A stretch of 63,803 nt of DNA, counting the filler, from Octopus bimaculoides (Eukaryota): the NCBI RefSeq assembly GCF_001194135.2. It is 3 parts of 3 records of this genome, joined end to end, with 100 filler letters (N's around TTAATTAATTAA, not from the genome) between each part and the next. Parts side by side here need not be neighbours in the genome. Positions count along the whole stretch, not along the records: positions 1 to 25,365 come from NC_069005.1; 2 more parts are not named here. One strand, given 5' to 3'. Both the position numbers and the translations under genes were made by a program. The notes beneath the pieces are model-generated. The model ran no database searches. It was given only the letters and a program-made list of their open reading frames with translations, and had not been told where the DNA came from. Shown piece by piece: positions 10,880 through 23,499 of the stretch. Each line of letters starts with the position of its first letter. The stretch's first letter is position 1.

Positions 10880-13800
10880 TGGCACAAGGTCAACAATTTC
10901 GGGGGTAGAGTGCAAGAGTCGATAACACCAACTCCAGTGCTCAACTGGTACTTATTTTATCGATCCCGAAAGGATGAAAGCAAAGTCGACACCGGTGATA
11001 TTGTAAATGCGGACGAAATGCTGCTATGCCTGGTGTGCTAACGACTCTACCAGCTCTTTCTATAATAAGCACAAGGCCTGAAATTTATTTATTTATTTTT
11101 TTTGGTGGGGAGGGCAGTCGATTAGCACAACTGGTACTGAATTTATTGATCCTGAAAGGATCGAAGGCAAAGTCGACCTCGGTGGACTTTGAACTCAGAA
11201 CGTACGGGCGAACTAAATACCGCTAAGCATTTTGCCCGCTATGCTAACGATTCTGCCAGCTCGCCGCTATTCAGGTCCTTGATATTTCTGGCTACTTCCT
11301 CGCGTCGGAAAAATTGCTTAGCGGAATTTTTTCCGACTTACCGTTCTGATTTNNNNNNNNNNNNNNNNNNNNNNNNNNNNNNNNNNNNNNNNNNNNNNNN
11401 NNNNNNNNNNNNNNNNNNNNNNNNNNNNNNNNNNNNTGAGCACTGGGTCGATGTCCTCGACTTGCACCCTCCCCCTAAATTTCTGGCCTTGTGCCAAAAT
11501 TTGAACCAAAATTTCCTGCTAACGATTCCAGTAGAATCGTCGATGTAATCGACTATCCCCCTCCTCTAAATTTCAGGTCTTGTGCCTATAATAGAAAAGA
11601 ATCGTTATCACGCCGGGAAAAACGCTTAGTAGCATATCGTCCGTCTTTCCGTTCAGAGTTCAAATTCCACCGAGGTCGACTTTGCCTTTCATCCTTTCAG
11701 AGTCGATAAAATCAGTACCAGTTGAGTATTGGGGTCGATGTAATCGACTTACCCTACTCGCCTGAAATTGCTGGTCTTATACCAATACCTGAATCCCATA
11801 TTTCCAGCTACTAATAATTGTTTCAACTTTTGAAACAAGGTCAGCAATTTTGAGAGAAGGCGGTAAGTCGATTGCTTAGAACGCAGTACTTGGCTGGTCC
11901 TTATTTCATTGACATCCAAAAGGATGAAAGGCAAAGTTGACCTGAGAGGGATTTGAACACAGAATGTTCAGAACCGAAAGAAATGCTGCTGAAAATTTTG
12001 TCAGAGCACCAGTTCCGCTGGGTCGGGTAGGTTGCAAGGTTCACGGACAACAAGTGGATTCGTAAACTTGCCGAGTGGTATCCAAGAGATCGGGAAAAAT
12101 CACTGGGAAGACCTCCACGACGATAGGAAAACGATTTAGTTAAACGATTTGCGTCAAGATGAAAAAAGAATGGCGCAATCGAGAAAGAATTGGAAGCGCA
12201 TTGTAACTAGCGATGTATTGCAGCATCCGACGGTCTGCTTGATACAGTGACATAGAAAACTTCAGATTAATAGGTAAACTGCCTTTTAATCAAGTATTAC
12301 CACTTATAGCGTCCTACACTTGTGCACACTTTTAAATCTATTAAATTCACACCAAAAACGTTTGTGCAAATATCGGACGCTACAATAAAATATCTCACTC
12401 AACATTAATATGTATTGATTTTCTTTTTAATGTCTAGACTTCTTTGAGTTACCATAAACGTAATATCTATCCACTTATAAATCTTTAAAAATGAGTTATT
12501 TATATTTCATATAACTACGCAAAATATCGAATGGCATATTATTCTTAAAATAGTTTATTGTCTTCAGGATAAAATTGGCTGTAATTAACTCTCAACTAAG
12601 CTTTATTCAGTTAACTCGATCCCTGTACATGCTGACGATTGCACAAAAATGATCAGCAGTATTTCTGCCGGCTCTTTCGTTTCGTAGCACATAAGTTCCA
12701 CTGAACTCGACTTTGCTTTTCATCCCTTCGAGTCAATTACTGGGGCGCGGGGGACCGATGTAATTGACATGCTTCTAACCTCACGATTGCTGACCTGCCA
12801 GATTTTTAAATCGTTACTAATATTGGTTACGGATTTTGGTACAAGATCAACAGTTTAAGGGGAGGAGGCTGAATCGATTATATCACTGCCAGTGCTCAGC
12901 TGGGATTTATTTTAACAAACTCAAAAGGATGAAAGGCAAAGTTGACCTCGACGGAATTTGAGCTCAGAACGGGAAGACAGACGAAATGATACTTAGCATT
13001 TTGCCCAGCGTGCTTACGATTCTTCCAGATCACCGCATTTATTATTTCATATATTATTATTTGTTCTTGTTTGGAGGAGGAGGAGTAAGTCGATTAGATC
13101 GACGCCAGTACTCAACTGGTATTCATTTTATCGAGCCTGAAAAGTTGAGTGGTAAAGTTAACCGCGGCAGAATTTGAACTCACAACGGAAGATTTCTTAT
13201 AAATGCTTTCAAATTTCGGCACGGGCCAGTACTTTCGAGGGAGGGAGTTAAGTTGATCACATCAACTTCAGTACTCAACTAGTACTTGTTTTATCGACCC
13301 TGAAAGGATTTAAACTCAACGTAGAGACGGGGGAAATGCCGCTAAGCATTTCGACTGGGGTGCCAACGATTCTTTTCTACTCTAGGCACAAGGCCTGAAA
13401 TGTTGGGGGACTGGACCAGTCGATTACATCGACCCTAGTACGCAACTGGTACTTAATTTATCGACCCCGAAAGGATGAAAGGCGAAGCTGACCTCGGCGA
13501 AATTTGAACTCAGAACATAAAGACAGACGAAATACCGCTAAGCATTTCACCCTGCGTGCTAACGTTTCTTATTTCTTTATTGCCCACAAGGGGCTAAACA
13601 TAGAGGAGACAAACAAGGACAGACAAATGGATTAAATCAATTATATCGACTCTAGTGCGTAACTGGTACTTAATTTATCGACTTCGAAAGGATGAAAGAC
13701 AAAGTCGACCTCGGCGGAATCTGAACTCAAAACATAACGGCAGACGAAATACCGCTCAGCATATCGCCCTGCGTGCTAACGTTCCTGCCAGCTCGCTGCC
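10880..13800. mobile_element. Dense cluster of about ten SINE family B copies in mixed orientation
   Basis: Repeated GAAAGGATGAAAGGCAAAGTCGACCTCGGCGGAATTTGAACTCAGAACGT and its reverse complement. Confidence 0.9.
12020..12240 (+). mobile_element. RTE-clade LINE 3' fragment
   Basis: ARFTDNKWIRKLAEWYPRDREKSLGRPPRR, matching the RTE C-terminal W-x-P...RxxGRP motif. Confidence 0.7.
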
Positions 13801-14763
13801 GTAACCATTCCTTATATTATNNNNNNNNNNNNNNNNNNNNNNNNNNNNNNNNNNNNNNNNNNNNNNNNNNNNNNNNNNNNNNNNNNNNNNNNNNNNNNNN
13901 NNNNNNNNNNNNNNNNNNNNNNNNNNNNNNNNNNNNNNNNNNNNNNNNNNNNNNNNNNNNNNNNNNNNNNNNNNNNNNNNNNNNNNNNNNNNNNNNNNNN
14001 NNNNNNNNNNNNNNNNNNNNNNNNNNNNNNNNNNNNNNNNNNNNNNNNNNNNNNNNNNNNNNNNNNNNNNNNNNNNNNNNNNNNNNNNNNNNNNNNNNNN
14101 NNNNNNNNNNNNNNNNNNNNNNNNNNNNNNNNNNNNNNNNNNNNNNNNNNNNNNNNNNNNNNNNNNNNNNNNNNNNNNNNNNNNNNNNNNNNNNNNNNNN
14201 NNNNNNNNNNNNNNNNNNNNNNNNNNNNNNNNNNNNNNNNNNNNNNNNNNNNNNNNNNNNNNNNNNNNNNNNNNNNNNNNNNNNNNNNNNNNNNNNNNNN
14301 NNNNNNNNNNNNNNNNNNNNNNNNNNNNNNNNNNNNNNNNNNNNNNNNNNNNNNNNNNNNNNNNNNNNNNNNNNNNNNNNNNNNNNNNNNNNNNNNNNNN
14401 NNNNNNNNNNNNNNNNNNNNNNNNNNNNNNNNNNNNNNNNNNNNNNNNNNNNNNNNNNNNNNNNNNNNNNNNNNNNNNNNNNNNNNNNNNNNNNNNNNNN
14501 NNNNNNNNNNNNNNNNNNNNNNNNNNNNNNNNNNNNNNNNNNNNNNNNNNNNNNNNNNNNNNNNNNNNNNNNNNNNNNNNNNNATCTGTGTGTATGTATG
14601 TACGTAAACCGTTATATAAAAAAAAAACCTTTCATCGCTCTTTCGCTTCGCCTCCTCCCTCGCTCTCTTCTCCAACCACTTTCACCTCTATTTGTTTCCT
14701 GACACATATACCAGTATGTGAGTGTACGAAATATAAACTTGCATACATACATATACTTGCATT

Positions 14764-14800
<37 letters not shown>

Positions 14801-15139
14801 TTATACATACATACGCATGTATACATACACATAAACACACACACATATGCTTATACATACATACATACATACATAGGCACACACAAATATTTCAATGGTT
14901 GCTTAGAAATTGCAAGATCTTTCATCAGAAGGTCAGCAAAGCTGTAACCAATTTTTTTCAGACTATGTGTGTTTTATGTGCACACTTGTTCCAACCATCA
15001 GGCTTCTGGCTGACTGTATGTAAATTTTAAACAAAATTAAACCTAGAGAAATAACTCAAAACCGTTAGTGCTTATATTTGATGTTACATTGGCAAATAAC
15101 GGTATACTAAATAACTTACAAAAAGAATTTCTTGATATA

Positions 15140-15248
15140 GGTGCAGGTGTGGCTGTGTGATAAGACGCTTGCTTCCCAACCACATGGTTCCAGGCTCTGT
15201 CTCACTGCGTGGCACCTTGGGCAAGTGTTTTCTACTCTAGCCTCCGAC
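15140..15248 (+). mobile_element. SINE family A head fragment
   Basis: GGTGTGGCTGTGTGATAAGACGCTTGCTTCCCAACCACATGGTTCC...GGCACCTTGGGCAAGTG. Confidence 0.8.
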
Positions 15249-15424
15249 TGACTATTCTAAATAACCTGACAATGTTCTTTTGAGCCCGTCACCTCTAAGA
15301 AGTTATAGATTATTAACGGGAAGAGAATTCTGTGCATTGGCACTTATCGGATTCATATCTATCAATGCACGAAACTCTCTGTCCTTGAGTCACTGAGTAA
15401 CTCCTGCCGATTAATAATAATAAC

Positions 15425-15470
<46 letters not shown>

Positions 15471-15472
15471 TA

Positions 15473-15615
15473 TACACGAAGGCGTGCTGAAAAGTTACTG
15501 GCTTTAAGGATGTCGCGAAAGGTCTGGTTGGAGGCCCAACCATTCGAGTTCTTTTACAGGGCTTAGAAAAACTGAAGAAACGCTGCAATAAGTGTGTGAA
15601 TCTGAGAATGGAATA
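15473..15615 (+). mobile_element. Short mariner remnant following an (AAT)n tract
   Basis: TIR-like TACACGAAGGCGTGCTGAAAAGTT joined to a transposase C-terminus (GLEKLKKRCNKCVNL). Confidence 0.6.
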
Positions 15616-15828
15616 TCTATATCTATAAAAGGCAGGCAGGATGTGTGTGTGTGTAAGTGATATACTTTATGCGCGTCCACAAATTAGCACGCATGCCGCT
15701 CCAATTTTAGGAGGACATTGATCACGACCATGGCTGTGTTTTTGTCAACTTATTTTAAATATATATATACATGTGTGTGTATGTATGTGTGTGTATGTAT
15801 GTGTGTGTATGTATGTATATATATGTGT

Positions 15829-15868
<40 letters not shown>

Positions 15869-16274
15869 GTGTGAGTTCAGAGAGCTATATTATCCGGGCG
15901 GATACCGTGGTAGTTTTCAGTTATGTTCCAGTCTCCATATTGTCTACCGTTATAATTATTGCTTTGATACACACACACACGCGCACACACACACACACAC
16001 ATATATACTTACACATGTATTGTATTGCGTATACATATGTCTCAAATCGTACAGCCTTTATTTTGTTTGTATATTCACAATCATGTGTTGCGTTGTTATG
16101 AGTGTGTTGCTTCCGTTACTGTCCTCATCGTTCGCTCAATTTTTCCCGGCAGCGTTTCCCTGTTGACACCACCAAAAATGAACAATATTATAAAGGCGTG
16201 AAATTGTAATGATTATTTTGACAATATCTGACGAGAAAATAGCGTGTCAGTGTTAATATTATTAACCGTCCTAT

Positions 16275-16830
16275 GTTGTGGCGCCTGTTTCAGAAGTTTA
16301 GTTGCTCACCAACATTTCTCTTGATCATCCACAAGCTCCATGATGGTATGCAAGCGAGAGTGGCACCTCGGCAGTGAAGCCTCGGAATCCTTTGATGTCC
16401 AAGGCGTAAAACAAGAACGCATCCATGCCTTTGTACTGTTTAACATTTACCTGGTAGCTGTAGCCCTTTTTCCCAGGAGACAGTTCACCGACGAAAACGG
16501 AATTCGTATCAAGTACCGCTATGATGGCGGCATCTTAAACACTTACCGTCTGAAAATCATCAAAAATCCTCTCAACCATGGTGTGCGGGACTGAGGATGC
16601 TGGTGATTCAGCTGCACAACTACTGCACACTACTGCACCACTAGCTGCACCACACTACTGCCTCTTCAACACATGACGAACTCAATGAATGACTGTTATA
16701 GGCTCGGTCTTCGAGTGAATCATCGAAAGACTGCAGTTCTCCAATCAACCTTCTTATTCTCATATCCTCCTCCTCGGCCCGTCCTTATTCTCTATGCAGG
16801 CAAACTCATTCTGCTATCTTGGAAGCACGA
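16275..16830 (+). mobile_element. RTE (BovB-like) LINE reverse transcriptase fragment
   Basis: KFSCSPTFLLIIHKLHDGMQARV, SEASESFDV, LFNIYL, GIRIKYRYDGGILN. Confidence 0.85.
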
Positions 16831-16844
16831 TCTCTTATACTGTA

Positions 16845-17030
16845 CTCCACGGGCTCCTCTGACGTAGCGATGGGAGCCTACGACAATGCTGACGTGTGCG
16901 ACCTCCTAGGATTGTACATCCTGGATACCCTTAAGAAAAAGTTCTCCTCTCTCCTCTTTGGCCTCTACGGAGATATCGCCCTGGCCATCTCTAGAGGAGC
17001 AAGCAGCCATACATTAGGAAGGACTTAATC
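16845..17030 (+). mobile_element. Penelope-like RT fragment
   Basis: DVAMGAYDNADVCDLLGLYILDTL...GLYGDIALAI (ORF 16819-17028). Confidence 0.85.
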
Positions 17031-18083
17031 AGCACGCTTGCTTCCATGTATCACTAAGAACAAATATACCGAGTTGTTACCTTTAAAATATTTAATGGTC
17101 CTGATATTTTGGATGTAATAAACTCTTTATGAATGTATAAAGAGACTAAATAGAAACAGCGAAAATGGAAAATTGAATGTTCAGAAGAACATTTATATAA
17201 GCCAGTTGATGATTCCCCCCATTTTTACTCAGAGTTTCATGCTTGTAGTAAGTGCATGATCACACAAGAAGCTATAGGATTTATCTCAACCAATGAAGAT
17301 CAACGTTGAGGTTGGTGCGGTGGATATAAAGCTCTATTCAGTCACCACAATATTGTCTGAAACGTCGTTTGTACAATGTGTGTACAATGAATAGCGAAGG
17401 AATGAATCCTTAAGCGATTCTTAATAAATATAAATTGTACTCTTAAGTATTCAGCAGTCTTTTTCTTTCTTCAGTAAACTTGAATGTATCTATGTGTATA
17501 TATGTATATATGTGTGTCTATCTGTCTACGTGTGTGTGTGTATACATACATACATATATATATATATATATNNNNNNNNNNNNNNNNNNNNNNNNNNNNN
17601 NNNNNNNNNNNNNNNNNNNNNNNNNNNNNNNNNNNNNNNNNNNNNNNNNNNNNNNNNNNNNNNNNNNNNNNNNNNNNNNNNNNNNNNNNNNNNNNNNNNN
17701 NNNNNNNNNNNNNNNNNNNNNNNNNNNNNNNNNNNNNNNNNNNNNNNNNNNNNNNNNNNNNNNNNNNNNNNNNNNNNNNNNNNNNNNNNNNNNNNNNNNN
17801 NNNNNNNNNNNNNNNNNNNNNNNNNNNNNNNNNNNNNNNNNNNNNNNNNNNNNNNNNNNNNNNNNNNNNNNNNNNNNNNNNNNNNNNNNNNNNNNNNNNN
17901 NNNNNNNNNNNNNNNNNNNNNNNNNNNNNNNNNNNNNNNNNNNNNNNNNNNNNNNNNNNNNNNNNNNNNNNNNNNNNNNNNNNNNNNNNNNNNNNNNNNN
18001 NNNNNNNNNNNNNNNNNNNNNNNNNNNNNNNNNNNNNNNNNNNNNNNNNNNNNNNNNNNNNNNNNNNNNNNNNNNNNNNNNNN

Positions 18084-18114
<31 letters not shown>

Positions 18115-18749
18115 CATAATACATATTTCATCTATATATATATGTATATATACCTATACATGTATATATATATATATATATATTGTAATGATAGTAATGG
18201 TGATGCTGTTAGTGACGTTGGTGGAGTTGTAGGTGATGATGTTCATGGTGGTGGTGGTGGTGGTGGTGTCAGACGATCGTAGTGATGGCTAATGGTTTCC
18301 ACAGATGTAAAAGTTGCATTAAACTCCCAGATCAATTAAGCTTCACAGCTGATAGTCTTGAAATAGAATATAAAGAAAACGAGGAGGAAAACAACCATTT
18401 TTTTACATTTACAAGTTTTTTTATCTCTCACACGCGGTAATAACAGGAATCAATATGTCTGAACTCCGTGTAATTTTACTCATGGCATGTCGTCTGCTGT
18501 TGCAAATCAAGCGGACAGTTTACTTCTCTTGTATACCTTCCCCTCTCTTTCTCTCTCTCTCTTCTCTCTCTTTCTCTCTTTGCATGTATTGTATAATTTT
18601 GTTTGTCTCTGTAACTTCTCCCTCTTTCTTCCTTTTCTCCCCGCTTTTTCTAACGTCACTCTCCTCATGATGACTTCTCTTTTGAGCTCGCTATCTCTGC
18701 ATATATGTGTCTTTGTATGCATGATGCGCGTATGTATCTATATACACAC

Positions 18750-18780
<31 letters not shown>

Positions 18781-19006
18781 CATACATACATATGTATGTA
18801 TTTATGTATTTATCTCGCTATGTGGCCATCAATGTTTTTATGTACACACACACACACACACACGTATATATATATATATATACGCACACAAACACATATA
18901 TATATATAATATATATATATATCTATATATATATATACATATATATATATACATAATATATACATATATATATATACATAATATATACATAATATATACA
19001 TATATA

Positions 19007-19081
<75 letters not shown>

Positions 19082-19852
19082 TACACACATACACATGCAT
19101 ATACATGTATGTGTCAATGTGTATTCATAACTGTATGTACAAATGCAGGTATGTATGCATGTGTTTTAAGTGGTCGTAGATGCTAATCTCTTACTGTTAT
19201 TACAGCTGTTGTTGTCGTTGTTGTTGTTACATAGCTGTAGGTAGATATTTTCTTGTTAGAAGTAAATCTGCTCATACGGGTGGCGGATGGGGTATGTGTG
19301 TGGGTTTTCCCGTTCCTGTATCTTTGTTTCTTGTTCCTTGTGTTTGTTAACAGGGTGGTGGTGTCTAATGGCGGTGGTGGGTGGCAGCATTTAACGGTTC
19401 TGTGTTGTCGCTCTTGCTCTCGTTGTTGTCTTTGTTGCCGCTGCTATTAATGTTGTCGCTGCTGTCGCTGTTATTGTTGTTGTTGTCTCTGAAATAACTC
19501 TGACCGATACGTTTGTCTCTCCTCCTTTTTCTATCCAAAATTGGGTCTCTTCATCCTCCTTCAGGTCCTGCATCAACCACTTTTCCACAACCCTTCCTTC
19601 CTTCCCACCGTATATTTTCCCGCCGAAGCTCCTTTCCCTGCTTCGTTTTTCCTACACCAACCAACTTGTTGACGATGGACATCAACTTCATCGATCTCAC
19701 CAGCCAAATTCCAACAGTGTATCTGGGACTACGTTATCAAATATATCTCGTCTTTTATTCAGGCATAGTATATCTAGGGTTGCATCATTTAATGTATCCT
19801 GTCTTTTATTTAGACACAGTATATATTGGGTTGCATTACGTAATGTGGTCTG

Positions 19853-20470
19853 AAGGCGGCGAGCTGGCAGAAACGTTAGCACGCAGGACGAAATGCTTAG
19901 CGGTATTTCGTCTGTCTTTACGTTCTGAGTGTGGAAGCGCAATGGCCCAGTGGTTAGGGCAGTGAACTCGCGGTCATAGAATCGCGATTTCGATTCCCAG
20001 ACCGGGCGTTGTGAGTGTTTATTGATCGAAAATACTTAAAGCTCCACGAGGCTCCGGCAGGGGATGGTGGCGAACCCTGCTGTACTCTTTCACCACAACT
20101 TTCTCTCATTCTTACTTCCTGCTTCTGTTGTGCCTGTAATTCAAAGGGTCAGCCTTGTCACACAGTGTCACGCTGAAATCCCCGAGAACTACGTTAAGGG
20201 TACACGTATCTGTGGAGTGTTCAGCCACTTGCACGTTAATNNNNNNNNNNACGAGCAGGCTGTTCCGTTGATCGGATCAACAGGAACCCTCGACGTCGTA
20301 AGCGACAGAGTGCCAACAACAACAACGTTCTGAGTTCAAATTCTGCCGAGGTCGATTTTGCTTTTCATCCTTTCGGGGTACGATGAAATAAGTATCAGTT
20401 ACACACTGGAGTCGATGTAATCGACTGGCCCCTTCCTCCAAAACTTCAGGCCTTGTGCCTATAGAAAGGA
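19853..20470 (+). mobile_element. SINE family B (19853-19930 and 20325-20470) interrupted by SINE C
   Basis: Head GGCGGCGAGCTGGCAGAAACGTTAGCACG. Sequence resumes at ACGTTCTGAGTTCAAATTCTGCCGAGGTCG. Confidence 0.9.
19931..20324 (+). mobile_element. Near full-length SINE family C with (CAA)n tail and 11 bp TSD
   Basis: A-box-like TGGCCCAGTGG and B-box-like TTTCGATTCC. ACGTTCTGAGT is duplicated at 19920-19930 and 20325-20335. Confidence 0.9.
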
Positions 20471-21394
20471 TTATGCAGTGTGTTCTGTCTTTTATTCAGA
20501 CATAATGCATCTAGGATTACATTATCTAATGTGCCTTGTCTTTTATTTAGTCATAGCGTATCTAAGATTACATTGTTCAATGAGTCCTGTATTTTATCGA
20601 GATATAGTGTATCTAGAACTACAGTATCTTATCTGTTTTGTCATTAATCCAAGCCTAGTATATCTAGGATTACGTTGTCATGTGTGTCCTCTCTTTTATT
20701 CAGAAAAAGTATATTTAACATTAGAAGTACCAACATTTCTTACTTCCTACAAGGACTATAGTGGTCATTTTGACCGGCATTGAAAACTCTTTAACACAAT
20801 TTATTTAAATATATGAAAATACAGTCTTTTTACATGTATTTACGTACAAAATATATATATATATATACATATATATGAAATGATGTTCATGTTTTCACAT
20901 TCAATACAATCGTAGAAATTAAAAATTGAAAAGCAAAAATGGTCATAAATGTTAAGACTAAGGTCAGGGATCTCATCACAGGCTGATGAGGCTTGCTACT
21001 GGCACCATGTGAACCAGTACTGCCTGTTTCATAGTCGGCTGTTTGGCGACTAAACTGGCTTTCCCCACTTGAGTAGCTTGCTACAATTATGAGGAGGGTA
21101 TCTGGACACCCAGCAGGACTAAAAGAAAGACCTGTTGAAAGGCGGGGATGACCCCAATATTATCTGCCAAGAAAACGCCACGAAAATGTCAGAACGGAGA
21201 AATGCTATGGCTTTATCTGATGGGAGAATTTGCGCTTAATCAGGAAGACTTCCCTTGCAGTGTCATCAATGCACTGCAAAAGCGTGCAATACATGACGAC
21301 TACTTTATCTAAGGCTATATCATCTCATAGTTTCTGTCTTGTTATTTTTGCTGCTCTTGTGTTGTTGGTGTATTTATATTTCTCTGTATTTAAA

Positions 21395-21761
21395 ACGTAG
21401 CGGTGTTATTGTATGGGGCTGAGACATGGCGAACAACAGTTAAGTCAAATAAGCAAATACAATCATTCATCAACAGATGCTTGCGTAGTATACTTAAAAT
21501 TAGATGGCCCGAACACATAAGCAATATGGAGCTATGGCAAAGAACGAATCAAGTTTCGATTAGGGAGCAAATATTTAAGAAAAAGTGAAAGTGGATTGGT
21601 AGCACAATTAGAAAAGACACACCAAATGTAGCGAAAAGTGCTTTACAGTGGAATCCGGATGGATATAGAAAGAGGGGTAGGCCTAAGAACTCGTGGCGTA
21701 GATCAACACAAAAGGAACTAGAGAAAGGGGGACATTCATGGCAGAGTATAAGTACATAAGC
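21395..21761 (+). mobile_element. RTE/RTEX-clade LINE 3' coding fragment
   Basis: VLLYGAETWRTTVKSNKQIQSFINRCLRSILKIRWPEHISNMELWQRT...ALQWNPDGYRKRGRPKNSWRR. Confidence 0.9.
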
Positions 21762-22095
21762 NNNNNNNNNNNNNNNNNNNNNNNNNNNNNNNNNNNNNNN
21801 NNNNNNNNNNNNNNNNNNNNNNNNNNNNNNNNNNNNNNNNNNNNNNNNNNNNNNNNNNNNNNNNNNNNNNNNNNNNNNNNNNNNNNNNNNNNNNNNNNNN
21901 NNNNNNNNNNNNNNNNNNNNNNNNNNNNNNNNNNNNNNNNNNNNNNNNNNNNNNNNNNNNNNNNNNNNNNNNNNNNNNNNNNNNNNNNNNNNNNNNNNNN
22001 NNNACTACGGTTCAATATTTATGGCTAACATTTTACTCTGTGTGTGTGTGCGCGTGTGCGTGAAACTGTGTACATGTTTGACTGTTAGCGTGTAC

Positions 22096-22420
22096 AAAGG
22101 CGCGTGGCTTAGTGGTTAGGGTATTCGGCTCACGATTGTATGGTCATGAGTTCCATTCCCGGCGACGCGTTGTGTCCTTGAGCAAGACACTTTATTTCCT
22201 GTTACTTCAGTCCACTCAGCTGGCAAAAATGAGTGGTACCTGTAATTCAAAGGGGCCAGCCTTGTCACACTCTGTGTCACGCTGAATCTCCCCGAGAATT
22301 GCGTTAAGTGTACATGTGTCTGTAGAGTGCTCACCCACATGCACGTTAATTTCACGAGCAATGCTGTTTCCGTTGATCGGATCAACCGGAACCCTCATCG
22401 TCGCAACCGACGGAGTGCCA
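22096..22420 (+). mobile_element. SINE, family C-type body with tRNA-like head
   Basis: GGCGCGTGGCTTAGTGGTTAGGG head. The 3' half matches 20135-20315. Confidence 0.85.
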
Positions 22421-22865
22421 GGTGTGTGTACATGAGTGTACATGAGTGTATACGTATACGTTCATGTTGAAATTTGTTTCTGTGTGTATGCGTTTACGGA
22501 GTATTCCTCGCTTTTGATGCTACGTTTCTATTTCCTTGTTTTCGCATAAAGTATTGCAACTACCACTCCGACTCCTCCTCTTCCTCCCACTACAACCAGC
22601 CACTCATAATCACACCACTACCACCACCACCACCACCACCAGTAAAGTGGATCCATATGATGTAACAATAGATTCTCGTTTCTATACCGTCTTAACGAGA
22701 TTACCAAATCCACTTGAATGCATCCCAAGAGGCCTGTTCAGGAATATTACATTGGGTGGGATAGAAGGGTGCCAGTAACTTTAGTTGACTTCAATCACAA
22801 TGCATCATGTCTTATACATTCACACACACGATACCTCTTTACATACATGCAGGCATACATGTAGG

Positions 22866-22897
<32 letters not shown>

Positions 22898-23096
22898 TGT
22901 ATGTGTATATGCATGTATGTATATATATATGTATATNNNNNNNNNNNNNNNNNNNNNNNNNNNNNNNNNNNNNNNNNNNNNNNNNNNNNNNNNNNNNNNN
23001 NNNNNNNNNNNNNNNNNNNNNNNNNNNNNNNNNNNNNNNNNNNNNNNNNNNNNNNNNNNNNNNNNNNNNNNNNNNNNNNNNNNNNNNNNNNNNNNN

Positions 23097-23131
<35 letters not shown>

Positions 23132-23334
23132 TGTATGCGTGTGTGCGTGCGAACGAATGTGAGACGGTGTGTGTTTTCTTTCAGTCAGTTTAACCGGGAC
23201 GATTTCGTGGTAGACTGCAATCGTGTCCCTACTGGATACCCCTGACTAGATATGGAATCTTGGGTACATTTAGTGAAGTCTTCTCTGCTGCTAGCATTCG
23301 CGCCAAGACCACTGTCTGGGAATAATTCTTTCCT

Positions 23335-23470
23335 TTGTTTGAGGCCCTGAAAGGGGCCATGGGTTGTGTGGTAAGAATTTGCTTTCCAATCACATGGTTC
23401 CGGCTTCAGTCCTACTGCGGTTGGCATAGAAACCGATAGAATAAGTTCCAGGTTTTAAAAAACTATAAGT
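23335..23470 (+). mobile_element. Internally deleted SINE family A
   Basis: Head up to CAGTCCTACTGCGG joined directly to the 3' part CCGATAGAATAAGT. Confidence 0.7.
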
Positions 23471-23499
23471 ATGCATAGTAGTTAGATACCTGATACTAT

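Larger units (their letters stand above)
19700..20715. repeat. Diverged ~51 bp minisatellite split by nested SINE insertions
   Basis: Unit about GTCTTTTATTCAGACATAGTGTATCTAGGATTACATTATCTAATGTGTCCT at 19750, 19801, 20488, 20538, 20589, 20640 and 20691. Confidence 0.8.

Noticed and set aside
19936-20010. tRNA-like sequences at SINE heads (also 22096, 46540, 47680, 54095)
   Set aside because: A and B boxes are present but there is no complete cloverleaf, and they continue into SINE bodies. Not tRNA genes.
20960-21065. CTGATGAGGC...GCC hairpins and a CTAA motif, tested as a hammerhead or HDV-like ribozyme
   Set aside because: No GAAA after stem II, and no room for P3/L3 in the HDV helix order. 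Probably a retroelement 5' UTR.
22645-22778. Protein-like frame SKVDPYDVTIDSRFYTVLTRLPNPLECIPRGLFRNITLGG and a loose hairpin
   Set aside because: No credible acceptor or donor pair, and the hairpin is too interrupted for a pre-miRNA call.
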